Positions 24,024-36,119 of a DNA stretch of 64,000 nucleotides are shown here, piece by piece; within the stretch, counting starts at the first letter, position 1; each line of letters opens with the position of its first letter. The translations under genes and the position numbers were made by a program. Origin of the DNA: Raillietiella orientalis (lineage: Eukaryota). The stretch is taken from the NCBI GenBank assembly GCA_036172245.1, contig JAYWIR010000010.1:3410001-3474000 (forward strand), read 5' to 3'. Under the pieces are notes generated by a model. The model was not told the DNA's origin and made no database searches. It saw only the letters and a list, made by a program, of their open reading frames with translations.

Positions 24024-25710
24024 GCTGTTGGCCGTCGCTGGTGGAATGGGAGGGTTGCAAATGAGGGGAGGGTGGGAGTTTTCCACAGTCTTCTTGGGCC
24101 GGCTGCTCCCGACGGCTCCTCCTCGTCAGAGACGCTGCGATTCCTCAGGAGTCTTTCGCGAGAAGCGGCTATCCGTCCGGTGCACGTCCAGGAAATGCTG
24201 GATGTTTGAGTCCACCGCCTCCCTTTTATGGTGAGGGTCGTTTATTACCCGGTTGCGCCGGGACGTTTATTAATAAAAGCAAATCATCTGGTAACTGGGT
24301 TCCCAGGTAAGGGGAACAGAAGATGGGAGGAGGGTTCCCGGCACGCAGGCCGGGCACACTGAGAATTCGGAACGGGTGGGAGGGGACAATAAATAAATAA
24401 ATAGGGTGGGAGGGCGGGGATAGGGGTATGCAGTTTAGCCGTTCCTAATCTCAGAACCGGCGGTGAATGCCGGCAATCTCCGTCCTCACTTCGTCAAAGT
24501 GTGGCCACCCGACAGGCAGTTGCAGATTGCAGGCTGCACTGTCGGGGACCGATGTTGTGACCGCTCGCGGCTGCAATACGTGGCGGACCCTGACAGTGGC
24601 GCGGACGCAGCAGATGATTGCGACGACCGCTCCAAGAGAAAGACCGCCGCGCGTGAAGAAGCGGCGCATCCAATCCTTTGCGGTGTGTCCGGGGTGCAGG
24701 AGCGCTGAAGACAGCCGCCGCCACAGCTCCTGGAGGGCACCGCATTCAAATAGCAAATGCGGAAGCGTTTCCACCGCTCCGCATGTTGCACAGTTCGGGG
24801 ACGCAACTCCCCCGGAAACCAGGTGCGCGCGCTGGTTGCAGTAAAGACCCCAATGCACCAGCAGAAAAGCGTCTTGTTTCCAACGAAGGGGGAAGACAGT
24901 CGCGTCCAAGCACGCAGAAGGGACCACAAGTTCTTCGGTGGGCACCCCGAGGAGCTCGCTCCACCGGAGAAGTCCCTTGGCACGAAAGCGAGGGGTGGCA
25001 GCGTCTGCCAGCTCGCAAGTCCGCCAGCCGCCCAGCAGTCGGGTTTCGCCTGCGATTTCGCAAGCGACCTCCCACCTCGCCGGTAGGTCACTGTCGTCTC
25101 GCACCATCAGTGCAGACAGTGCTCCGGCGGGTGGCGTAGCGGCTAGGCATGTCCACTGGTCCTGGTCTTCCAGCACCTCCCCCACTGGACAGTATGGGGA
25201 AAGATTCACGCAACGGAGTTCCAAACGGGACACATCCTGTTGCGCTGCCCAGGACGATAAAGCTTCCTGCCTCCAGGCGTTGAAGTTCGTCGGCCGGCAG
25301 GAGATCCACGCATGCTTTCCCAGAAGCGAGGCGAGCTTGCTTCAGAGGGAAGCCGAATCCTCTCAAGACGCGATGGTGAGGGTCGTGGAATCTCCACGGA
25401 ACATCGGTTCTCGCAATTGCTCTGCCGTTCTGCCGGAGTCTCTGACCCCAGGGACCCCGCTACGGAAGCTCCCGTTGAGGTGAGCGCACCTTTGTGGACG
25501 GAGGTCATGCCTGCTCGTCTCCTCTCGCCCTGCCTCACTTAACGCCGTCACTGCATACTTGAAGGGGCACGCTGCGTTCCGTATGACCACTTTCCCTGAC
25601 CCTAAGGCGAGGCAGCCCTGGTTCCAGGCTCCAACTGGTCCCTGTAATGGGACAGATTCGTGTTCGCACTCCTTTTGCTAGAATGCACCGATTCCCAACG
25701 TTTCAGGGTC
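24024..25710 (-). repeat. Interspersed repeat, copy 2 (arms 25387-25710 and 24024-24241), split by a LINE insertion
   Basis: Inverted homolog of the arms at 18561-18897 and 19713-19916. Confidence 0.9.
24242..25372 (-). mobile_element. 5'-truncated Tx1/L1-like non-LTR retrotransposon (copy A), ORF2 C-terminal zinc-finger (zf-RVT-like) region plus 3' UTR
   Basis: ORF 24451-25233 has CATCGAVETLPHLLFECGALQELW (CxxC...ET..H....C....W). It is flanked by a perfect 14-bp TSD ATGGTGAGGGTCGT at 24228-24241 and 25373-25386. Confidence 0.9.
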
Positions 25711-25849
25711 AACCCCTTCGGCGGGGACATCCTGGCCGCGGCTATATGTCTCTCAGAGATCATGGTTCCGGAATTTGACGTGGTGATGTGAATGCGCATC
25801 ACATGAATTATTCCCTCACGAGGCGCTTGTTTCCAGGGCGATCGGCACC

Positions 25850-26300
25850 ATCCTTGGAGGACGATGCCACACACGAGCAGAAGGCGAGGTCGCACCTCGT
25901 GGATGAATCTTGAATCCGAGAATCTGCGGTGCCCTCCGTTGGGAAGGAGCTGTCCCGAAAGGAGATGGTGCTCGGCGCGTAACCTGCACTGGGATCCGTG
26001 CGTAGGCTGGAAGTGATTTTGTTCCTCACGTCTGTGCTGGAAGTGGAATCTCCGAAGCGAATCTCCGTCGCTGCCTTTTCGGATGTCCACTGTGCCTTTG
26101 TACGGCTGGATGCTCGTGTGTTCGCGGTCTGATTGCTCCTGACATCAGCCGCAGGGTCCGTTGGTCTTTCCTTCGACCGCACCGGGCATGAAATCCTCGA
26201 CGGTAGCGTTGAGGGTGCCTGGCGATTCGCTTCCTCGCCACCGATCGGGTAAGGTTGCTCGGGACAATTATTCCACTTTCGGATGCAGCGAGGCTGAAAG
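25850..26300 (-). mobile_element. Degenerate APE-type LINE endonuclease remnant
   Basis: GTLNATVED (cf. GDFNA...D) followed downstream by AEHHLLSGQL...FSDSRFIHEVR (cf. SDH..V...L...L.D..F). Confidence 0.4.
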
Positions 26301-28599
26301 TCTGGGCGGCGAGCGGTCACGAAGTTGTCTGCCCCTTCCGATAGATTAGGTAAGTGCAGACATCGCTTTGACCTGCTGCCATGCATCCATCTGCCTGCTC
26401 AGTGACGAATCCCTCGCCACCCATGCAAAAGTCTGCTGCGAATGAAAGACACGTGTTCCCGACCTCGGCAGCGTGTAATACTCCAGAGTTATTAATCTTA
26501 ATTACATCAAAGTAATGGGTAGTCTAATTGGGACATCAGGCAAAAATCGAAAGCGACGTTGAGGGATTAGCAATGGATCTGAAGCAATGTACCTTGAACA
26601 TAAGTAATCAGCCAATTACGCTATGTTTCACATCGCCAACGAGATCTAGTTGAAGGAGGATTCATCATCATCCTTGTGCACAGTAGTCACTCGTCCATCC
26701 GTGGGAGCTTGCTGCCTCCCTCCTGTGACTCCTGAAACAAAGTGAAAAAAAAAAAAAAAAAAACAAGAGGAAAAATGGATGCATTTCTTTTTTTTGCTTT
26801 TTTTTTTTTTTAAGGAGGAAGAGAAGGGGACGGAGGAGGGGGTTGCGTTGTTATATTTTGTCGCGATACCTAAGGGAACAGTTAAGGGAACACAACTGCG
26901 TGCGTTGACTGCATCTTCTCGTCAGATGGCAGCACAGGTCTGGGCAGCTTGGAGACAAACGACGATGACTTTCCGTCGAACGGAATGCTCGTTCCGCGCG
27001 CGCCTACGAAACGGTCGATGGTTTCTAAACGGAGTCGTTCTCGAAACTTTTGCAGCGTCCACTGCACTTCGTCGCAGGATGTCTGGCTTCGAGAGACTGG
27101 GAATCATAATGAGGGTGAGTGACAGACCAATCAGCTCCTTGAACGCTTCCTTGGTTCCTGTTGCCGAGCTCCCTCTCTCCCTTCTGGACGAAATCCCGAT
27201 GGGCAGCTCAAACAAGAGCCGAATTCAGAAATGGAATGTTTCGAAAAAATGTAGGGATAGCCAAGGTCAAAATCATGTCACCAAAGTAAGAAGAACCGCG
27301 GGATCCGCAGCTCCAAGTAGGAGTTTCTGGAGCATGGTGTGTTGTTTCCTGAGTTCCTGGTGCTCTCATTCCTGGAAGCTGTTTGTTGAGCAAGAGAGAT
27401 GGACGATGCAGTAAACGGGCGGATCGACTGATGCAGAAATCATCTGATTTTTGAAGAAGGAGGATTACCACTGGGCTGCAACGGGGCGTCTGCATTTGAA
27501 ATAAACATTGCAAAGCATACGGTGCCACATCCGATTGGACCGCTCGAAGCACCCTAGTTGAAAACAGTAAAGGGATGCGTGATTACGAAGGAACAACTCG
27601 ATGAGGTTCTTTTGACCAGTGGAGGAACGGCGTCATTGCCGATGACGAAGTGTCACGGAAGCCACAGACCCTTACCGGTATCTCAAGTGCTAATGCTTGC
27701 CAACTGGGGCCTAGACTGGTGTAATCATGGTCACTTCTCATGGGGAAAAGAAGGAGTCTGGAAAAAAAACGGCTATCAAAGTGTAATCGCTGAGACAAAC
27801 TCTGGAGTGTTGGCGTGCGGAGAGGAAATCATGTGGAGACCAGCGGAGCAAGGAAGACACCATGAAAGGAGACTTTGATCTTCAGAGTTTTTACTGTTCC
27901 AACTCGATCTGGGCTTTTCTCATCTGTGAGCATGCTGTGGTCTCTCGGACCCACCACCGACCACTGAGACTCGCATTGAAAGCGCATCGAACCGCCATCA
28001 GGCACCTCCGTCTTGACCGCCTGCAACACGTATCGCTGCAAACATCTCTTGCCCGCGAGCTGCAAGGTTCAGGAGCAGCAGCAGGTATGTGCGCTTGTGC
28101 TCCCGTGGACGACTCGGAGTGAATCAATGGGAAGAACGCATAAAATGAAAAATGACCAGCGAGGACACCGGGCGGGACTCAAAGGGCGCATATGCAAAAA
28201 TTGCAAGGAGCGAATCAAACGGCGTGGCTTTCCTTGCTTTGTTATGGGTGCTCTTATTGGGAAGTTATTTAGAAATGCTGGAGCAAATAAGCTCCATTCT
28301 AATAGCCTAGCTTGAAAAGGCACTATTGGAGGCTGGAAGGAGGGGGCACACTAGTTCAGATGAATCCAGATTCGGAAAACATACCTCCTACCTACGCACT
28401 TCAGCGTAGACTAATGGGTCTCATCGTTGAACGTTTCCTCTTTTTAAAAGCAAATTCGTTTGTTTATGGTGATTTCTTCATTTTCAAAATTGATTTTCTT
28501 CATTGGCATTTGAATCTTTATTAAAATAAAGCACCTGAATCTAGGAGCGATCTATTAATGTGCAAAGTTATCAGTAGTTTTGCTTCTTCTCTAACATGG

Positions 28600-28860
28600 T
28601 GGTTACAAAGATCTCCTTTGCGAATGGACTCGCAGATTCACGCAGATAGCCATGCTTGCGTGAGCCTGTTCTCATAAAAATTAATATAGTATCAATGTAA
28701 TAAAATGTCAAACTGTATATATTTCGCTGTCTCTTACTTTTCGATGTTGGAAACTCCGGAAAAATCTCTAACAACCTTTCACTGCTGCCATCTCTTAGAA
28801 GCGCATGGAGATTTCGTGAAAGTATTCCTCCTTGCCTTGCATATTTCCAGAACTTGCTTG
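28600..28860 (-). mobile_element. Degenerate LINE RT fragment (motifs 4-5)
   Basis: YARQGGILSRNL (cf. GVRQGGILSP.L) and FYYIDTILI (cf. LYADDIVL). Confidence 0.45.
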
Positions 28861-30531
28861 TGTAAATCAAAATGAGGCATAGAAATTCAAATCATGAGAA
28901 AATGGTGTCAAAAATTTGCTCCTTGTGCCGATGTTGTGGGGAGCAGGGAGGCGATATTTAGTGTTTGTCTTTTCAGGAAGGATGCAAAGGGACCCTTTTA
29001 CGACAGGGAGCCCTTTGTCCTACTGCGTGTGTGTTTAGAAAGTCACGCGCGAGACAGTTTCATAGAAAAATATTAACCAACGTTGACCGAAACAGTTAGA
29101 AAGTACCGTACTTCAGCAAATGGGAAGGTGTTTTTTCGATTAAACGTAATGTGTGGCGGCGGACAATGTATAAAACACACACAAAGAAAAATCTCAGGCA
29201 GACGTATCACACTGAGAGCGCCACAGCCTCTCTCTGGACATAGGTGAAGCCTCTGAGGTCTTTCTAGAGGAATTTGTCAGTGATCCTTCTGTCTCCGGCT
29301 TGGATCCAAAGCCACTCTTCATTGAAACGAATCGAGATTTGAACAAAATTTGAAAAGGACTTGAAAAAGATGTTAACTTTTCCTGAGAAATCAGTGATCC
29401 TGGATGCTGTGGCTGAAATTTCAAAGCCGGCGGCAGACTTTGATGGATAACGCAGAAAGCAGAAGGATGCGCCGTGTCAGGCATCAAAGACATTCGGGTG
29501 TCAAGCAAAACATCCCTTGATAGAAGTTTTCAGATTTATCTGGAGACATTTTAAGCACCAGAAAAGTACTCAGTGATAAAAGACCGCAAAATCGATTACA
29601 CCGTTTTCAAAACTCTAATCGGAATTTCTTGCCACCTTCTCAATATAGGCAGAAAATTAATAACGCCCGCATCTGATGTAACTCATGTAGGAAATGAAAC
29701 AAACGCTGATGGGAGAATCCTACAGATGGACGCCCCACGGATTTCGGACAAGATTTCGGATTTCTGTTGATTTCCCAGGAGATTTAAAAGTTCATCCCGA
29801 ATGGCATTCTTGACTCATGTACTCATACACTTTATCTGCTCACAGATGTGCTCTTTTGATAAAGTGGCGAGTTTTCCGAAAGCAACGAAATTTCAAGGAG
29901 TTTCCTTCGATATTCTCCCAGGAGGAGATATATGCCAGGAGATACCGAAATTCTGGCGAGAATCGTTCGGAAGCGTGGCTGCTGCAGCCCACTCGAGCGT
30001 AAATCATTCAGCCATCTTGTCATCGGTCAGTTGCCTTAGTTCAGTCAGCTGTGCTACAGTTTCCAACACTCGCTGCTCCGAGCATCTGATGTGATTATTG
30101 AAAGTTTGATGCCACCTTGTTCAAAGTGAAACTGCCGATGTTTCTTCTGTTCAGGTTTCCTCTGGATGCCAACTTTGTGGTGTGGACAATAAGCGAAAAG
30201 TACGGAACTTTCTGAAGAGCAGTTGCTTTTCTTGGGAAACAAGCGCTGCTAAGCCTTCACTTCGTTACCGAACTTGATGGATGCTTAGGACGTGCTCAGG
30301 GCGTCCCGCAGTCTACTTGTCGTCTACTAGAAATAGCTTTTGGACTTACACATCTACCAATTTCATATGAGTTGCTGACACGTAGCAGCATTCGATCTGT
30401 GCTGGGTTGCTCGAATAGGTGGCTAGCCAGAACGCTGAGGAGCCAATTGCTTTAGTGGAACTGTGGACTCGGAACGGAAGCTCTAATTTAAAGGTTTCCA
30501 TCTACCATCACCGTGGTGACGGTAGATGGAA

Positions 30532-30567
30532 ATCGCTTCTCGGCCTTTTGGCTAGGATCAAAGTGTA
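30532..30567 (+). pseudogene. U2: U2 snRNA 5' fragment (about nt 1-36), 3'-truncated retropseudogene
   Basis: ATCGCTTCTCGGCCTTTTGGCTAGGATCAAAGTGTA matches the conserved U2 5' end and stops within the branch-point recognition sequence (GTAGTA). Direct repeats CATCACCGTGGTGA lie at 30506-30519 and 30569-30582. Confidence 0.93.
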
Positions 30568-33500
30568 TCATCACCGTGGTGATACCATCCTGGTGGTGGT
30601 TCCCCCCTTGAAATTGCTTTGTGGACAGCTGCCCTGATAGCCCATGCTGAAAGCAAAGACTTCACTCTCGATCACTTTCTAACCGAGAACACTTCTAAAG
30701 AGAAGAACAAAAGAAGACATTTTGTGAAAGAATTGAAGACCTTTGATTTCCGGTGAGTGCGTTTCAGCCCCCTTCCTCCGACCATCAGAGAGAAAAAGAT
30801 GGTTCACAAAGACTGCGCAGCATTTTACGTAGCCTACCGTGTTCGTTTTCCTTCTTGACAGCATCAGAAGTAGCGCTTGAAGATCCGTGGGAAGCACATG
30901 CGGAAATGTAATCAGGAAAGATTTGGTGAGGCAAGTTTTCGGGATAATGAAAAGCACAGATAGAAATCTCCATCTTGAGCGTCGTCAAGGAAAAACCCCC
31001 GTGTTACTTTCACAAATACGGCCGATCGGTACTGAGATAAATGGAAACACTCTGCTGATGAAATATCACAGCGGATCCCTTCGGAGCAGGACGAATCGGG
31101 GGGGAACCTTTGGTTTCTCCGACGCAGCAGCTTTTCAGAGTCGCACTCCCGTCGTGGCGTGTCCATGCCCGCGAGCCCCACAAGCTGCTACCACCAGGGC
31201 GAACGGTTTCTCGGATTTGCAGAAGAGGCAAACGCCTTCGTATCACTAGAAAGCCGTATCCCTGTAGTGGAAAGGACGGTCCCCGGTTAGCAGGGAGGAT
31301 GCTGCGCGCGTGAGATCAGAACTACCCTTACGCGGGTCGGATGCCAACGAAGAAATCGAGCGATAGAAGGATATAATAGAACGAAATTGGAAAGTGTTTG
31401 GAGGGTACGAGGACTTCTTGATCTGAATTCTGGAAGTTCCAAGCCCAATTTTTCGGTTTAAATCCTTCTGGGGCAATGTGGATACGTGTTTCAGAAGGAT
31501 GTGCTCAGCCATACTGTTAAGACAATATGGCAGCTCGTTTCGAGAGCTTAATCTCGCCAAGCACGACGCAGACTCCACATTCTTAATAATTACAGGACTT
31601 CTGAATGTACATTATCCCCTCTTGGATTCTCGGATTAAGGAAGCTTTTTCCTTACTAAAAAATAAGCACATGCAAGCAAGAACAAAGTGGCTCATTCCAG
31701 TTCTCTCTGTCTCTCTGATTCATTGATTCGCTCTCTTTTTCATCACAAATGGATTCTCAACTTGATTGCGTGATGCAACTCTCACTTTCGAAAACCAGAC
31801 CACAAAGAGTGCTGGCTGGAATTTGGAGGGGCAAAAAAATCAGCCAGCCAGGTTGCGAATATCAGGTAATCAGTTCATTAATCAAGCTTCAAGAGAAGCT
31901 CTTGCTCGCACTGAAACTCGAGAAACGTCAACCGGACAGCCACGAATCCAAGACAAGAAGAAGAGGTTTGAGGCAAGAATCATGCGGGCAGCTTCCTGGC
32001 GCAGAAACGCGAACCATCCTCAAGAGATGCTCCAAAAAATCTACCGGACACGGACGACGGCTAAATGGCATCTATCGCTGTACTTGAGGGAATACTTAGT
32101 GGCTTCTGAAGAGTGCTCTTGAGATGGGAAGTACTGTAAGACTAGTTGCGTTTTGTGTCTCGCATGTCGTCCACGGTAAGTTTTTCTTGGAGCTCAATCC
32201 TGGACTTTTGATGGACCTTTCCTTCACCTTTAAGCGAAGGACTCCTTAGGTTTTGGATCCACATTTGCTAATTCTTATTCACATATTATTGCTTATCACT
32301 CCTATTATTGCTTATTAGACCATTCCCATTTGCGTTTTCATATATAGCGTACTCACAAATGAGAACATTCTAGTATGCATGACTAAAGCTTTCATTGGTT
32401 GGCTATTTATAGGCTGTGGTTGATGATACTTTCATACGGAATTTGAGGCTTGAGATTCACACCGGCAGCAAAAGCTTGTCAGAAGAGAAGTTGTACTTGC
32501 AAGGATTGCACATCTTGGAATAAGACCAAGAAACTGAATGAAGATTCCCATGGTATTCCCTCTCGTGTTGAGAATTTTCCTAAAGCATTTCCAAGCAGTC
32601 TCAGGAATTTGGGCACCGTTAGATCACGTTCACTCTCTCGATTCGCAGATTATTTATCATCCCCGCCACATCCCTGGAATCACTTGGAATGAGATGCTTT
32701 CGTTTCCTCTTTGTGGTTCCTAATAAGTCGTTGCTAGCTTCGTGAGCCCAGATCTTCAAAAGGAAATGAAAAACAAGGCTCAGTTTTCTTGGAAGCAGAG
32801 CCTACGAATGTGGTGGTTCCAAAAACAGGTAGCACGCGGAAAAACATTTCTTCACTCAAGTGAAGAGTCAAAATCGAACATTCATCTGTTGGTCAGAAAG
32901 GAAAAAAACAGGAAAGTAGCTTGATAGCTATCTTTTTTTTACAATAAGTGAGTATTAAATAGCACTTATGCGACCATTAAATAGTATGTATCCGAGTGTG
33001 AGGCAGATGAAGAGAACAATTGTTCGGATTTGAGATCGCACTCCCTCCTATGGTTTGGGACAACAGTGGGATCCTTCAGCATCTCGAGATGCTTCAGACT
33101 GCTTGAGAAGAATGAAGATACTCCTAGAAGTAATCCGAAAATCTTGGAAATCTCTCTTGAAAATCTTCTCTCCAAAAAGAATCCAACTAGTCTTTGTTCT
33201 TTGCCCCGCGATTAGAAAACGGGGATGAATTCATAGAGATTGCTTCTCCTTTACCTAAGTTACCGAGATTCATTTGCAGCACGGGTTTGGGTTCGATTCT
33301 GGCTCGGGGAATACTGAAAATCCAGAGCACAGCGAGCCATGTCTGCTCGCAAGTTATTGTCACCATCACCAAATCTTGAATGCTCCATCATTTCTCTTCC
33401 GGAACGCCGTTTGTTCTATGCGTTTTCCTTAGGCAAGAACGAAACGTTTCTCAGGCATTCCAAATGGATGTGTGTGATTAGGGAGGAACTTTGGGAGTTG

Positions 33501-35057
33501 TCGGATGTCGTAGAAGCAAAAATCAAGTCCGCTGTTAGGGTGCAGAGCACACGAAAGAACTCGTAAAGTTCTCTTTCGAAGAGAAGTGATGGCATGAAGC
33601 GCATACACATCCGGAATTTTGACGAGAGCAGAACTGATCCAGTTATTGATCATCAATCCCACACCATTCTTGTTTAACTCGAGAGAGTCTTGTTCAGCTC
33701 CATTACGTTCCTCACGCGATGGTAAAAGCAGTCATGATAATCATGCAGCATGAGCATTCTGATTGCATACAAGTAAACTTTCCCAAGTCCTTTTCTTCAC
33801 TTCATTCTTAATGACGTCTGCATGAAAGAATGGTGTGTACATTGGACTTTTTTATTCTTGTGAGTAAGCAGATATACATACTGAAGATACTGAAGATACG
33901 TCACCAGCATGCAAAGAACGTAGTCAGCCTCGAAGGTGCTTCTAAGGACAGTCTTCGTTCATGAACATCCGAAGAGAGCACACCTCAGGAGATCTACCTG
34001 CTGGAATGACACTTGAAGCAGAGTCTTATTGGAAAATAACGGCGTCAAAATACCGGACGTACATGCCCTCAAAGGATGACCGGTCAGGAGTGAAAAAAAT
34101 TCTGGAAGCCGAGCATGGCGGCTTCAGACTCCCAATCTTCCATATGAGATCTCGAAAATTCAGCGGCACTGTTTTCCATCTTTTAGTCTGTCATTTTAGT
34201 AATCTGCATATAATTTCTTTCCATGCCCATCTCCAAAACTGCTGTTACCAAATTTTGCTCTAATCTTCCTCGAGAACAAGTGATTGCTTTGTGGGGACCC
34301 AGTTCCTCTAGGTCTTCGCAAGTTCTTCAATGTGGAGATTTCCAAAGAAGTATTTGCGTCCAGTGTCGTTCCTTTGCGTTCTTCTTCAAATTTTCCCTAT
34401 TGCCGTTTTTTTGTCCTTGAAAATACAAGATGAGGAAAGCACCCTTGCATTTGGTCTGGTGGTCACTGGTGGGAGTGAAACATGAATATACTCGATCTTT
34501 CAAAGGGAGCACCTGCCGAAGAATTCCGAAGTTCGAAGAATTTCTATGTTGCTTTCTCTCTCCTCTGTTTTTTCTGAAACTTCCAGCTGAGAAAATGGAG
34601 AGTCGATTCAGCGTGCACTTTTAGAATGAGTTGTTCCTCCTGAAACTCAGTCTCTTGATGATGCCTGAAGTAGAAATCACCCAGAGGACAAGAGAAAAAA
34701 AAGGATCACAGAACTGAGATTGAAATTGTTTTGGAAATTGCTGACGCTGTAGAGAAGGAATCCACTCCGAGAATGACTCGCAATCTACTCTGTGTCCAAG
34801 CACCGTCAGTTGGCGAGATGATGATTGCCTTCCCCTCTCATTATCTCCACAAGCACAGGAACATCTCATCCACATACGGAGTCATGCTTTTGAAACCCTT
34901 CTGGAAAACGGCTGAATTCGAGGGAGTCCAAGAGCTTCTTTCTTCCATGAGGACTTGAGTTAAGCGGATTTGCCCCCGCGCCCATCTTCAAGATTACTAT
35001 TCTAAGCTCCAGATAGTCCAGGTTCTCTGGTGAACTTCTGAAAATCACTTGGAAAGC

Positions 35058-36074
35058 GGGAAGTTTAAGGGATCCAGGACGTGATTTAGTTTCTTTGCTC
35101 TTGTGCTGAGCGCGAGAAAACTTGACGTGCAGTGATATATGGCCCTCTGAAAAACTTCTCCGTCCTTCAGGCTCGGCAAGCTAGTTTGAGGAACTAAACC
35201 TTGTTGCCTTGGAGATCTCCGGTACAACTGGATTTTAAAAAAGTGACTGGAAGTCGAAACGCCATAAAATTTATGTATAACGGACGCTGCGACCCCTATC
35301 CTACGGACATGTACTCTGAGGGAGCTATTCGACATCCCTCCAGAGGAGGTGAAGTGGCCTCCAGCATGCTGGAACAGTGCAGCCCTCCCCCTCAAGTGGA
35401 AGGAGGCGACATTGCTGGTGGCTCATGAGGGAATCCCATGCAAAGCTCGCCTTCACCACTGGATACGGGAGAGCGCGGACGCTCAGAGTGCTACAGGTGC
35501 GGGGAGAATGAGACCCTCCCGCACCTGCTCTTGGACTGTGCTGCTCTCCAGCTCCTTTGGGATCGCCTTGCGACAATCCTAGGAATCACGGTGGGCGGTT
35601 CCAGGGAGATTTGGAAACTCCTCTTCGCGCATGCCGTTCTGCAGCCAGCCGCATCCTTAGCAGTTCTCTGCTGTGTCCACGGAACCGTGGCAGCCTGGAA
35701 CGCAGGAAGAGGCCAGAATGGCAGAGACGCCATCCACTGGGCGCGAATCTTTCTGAGGACTGTCTTGCGATGGCCCCACCTGGGCGCTATATGGACGGAA
35801 CTTGCCTGTATCCCGAACAGGATGCAGAGGATGCCTGGCAGCGTACCGTGATCCCTTCCTCAATTCCCCTTTCCCCTCCCTGTGTATAAATCCCCCGTTT
35901 TGTTTGTTTATTTTTTGTTTTTGTTTTTCCTCCCCCCACGCTGCCGAAGTAGACCTCGCCTCGCCAGTCTGCGTACCCCCTTTCAGCAAGTTTATCGCAT
36001 GTGATAGAACCAACGGTTCTACTACAACATGTATTTTTACTCTAAGTAATAAATGCCCTGCATAACCGGGTAAG
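35058..36074 (+). mobile_element. 5'-truncated Tx1/L1-like LINE (copy B)
   Basis: CYRCGENETLPHLLLDCAALQLLW; upstream PLKWKEATLLVAHEG is homologous to copy A; terminal hairpin at 36056-36070; diverged TSD AATCACTTGGAAAGC (35043-35057) vs AATCACCGGGAGAGC (36075-36089), 12/15 identical. Confidence 0.85.
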
Positions 36075-36119
36075 AATCACCGGGAGAGCCTAAGGGTGCC
36101 CAAGTTCGACCACGGTTCA

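Noticed and set aside
30568..30584. ATCACCGTGGTGAT resembles a phage lambda-type operator
   Set aside because: Explained as the target-site duplication of the U2 fragment; no phage context
29200..32120. Scattered RT-like peptides (ADGRILQMDAPRIS, IKEAFSLLKNK, RRGLRQES)
   Set aside because: Probably old LINE debris, but too fragmentary to assign boundaries or family
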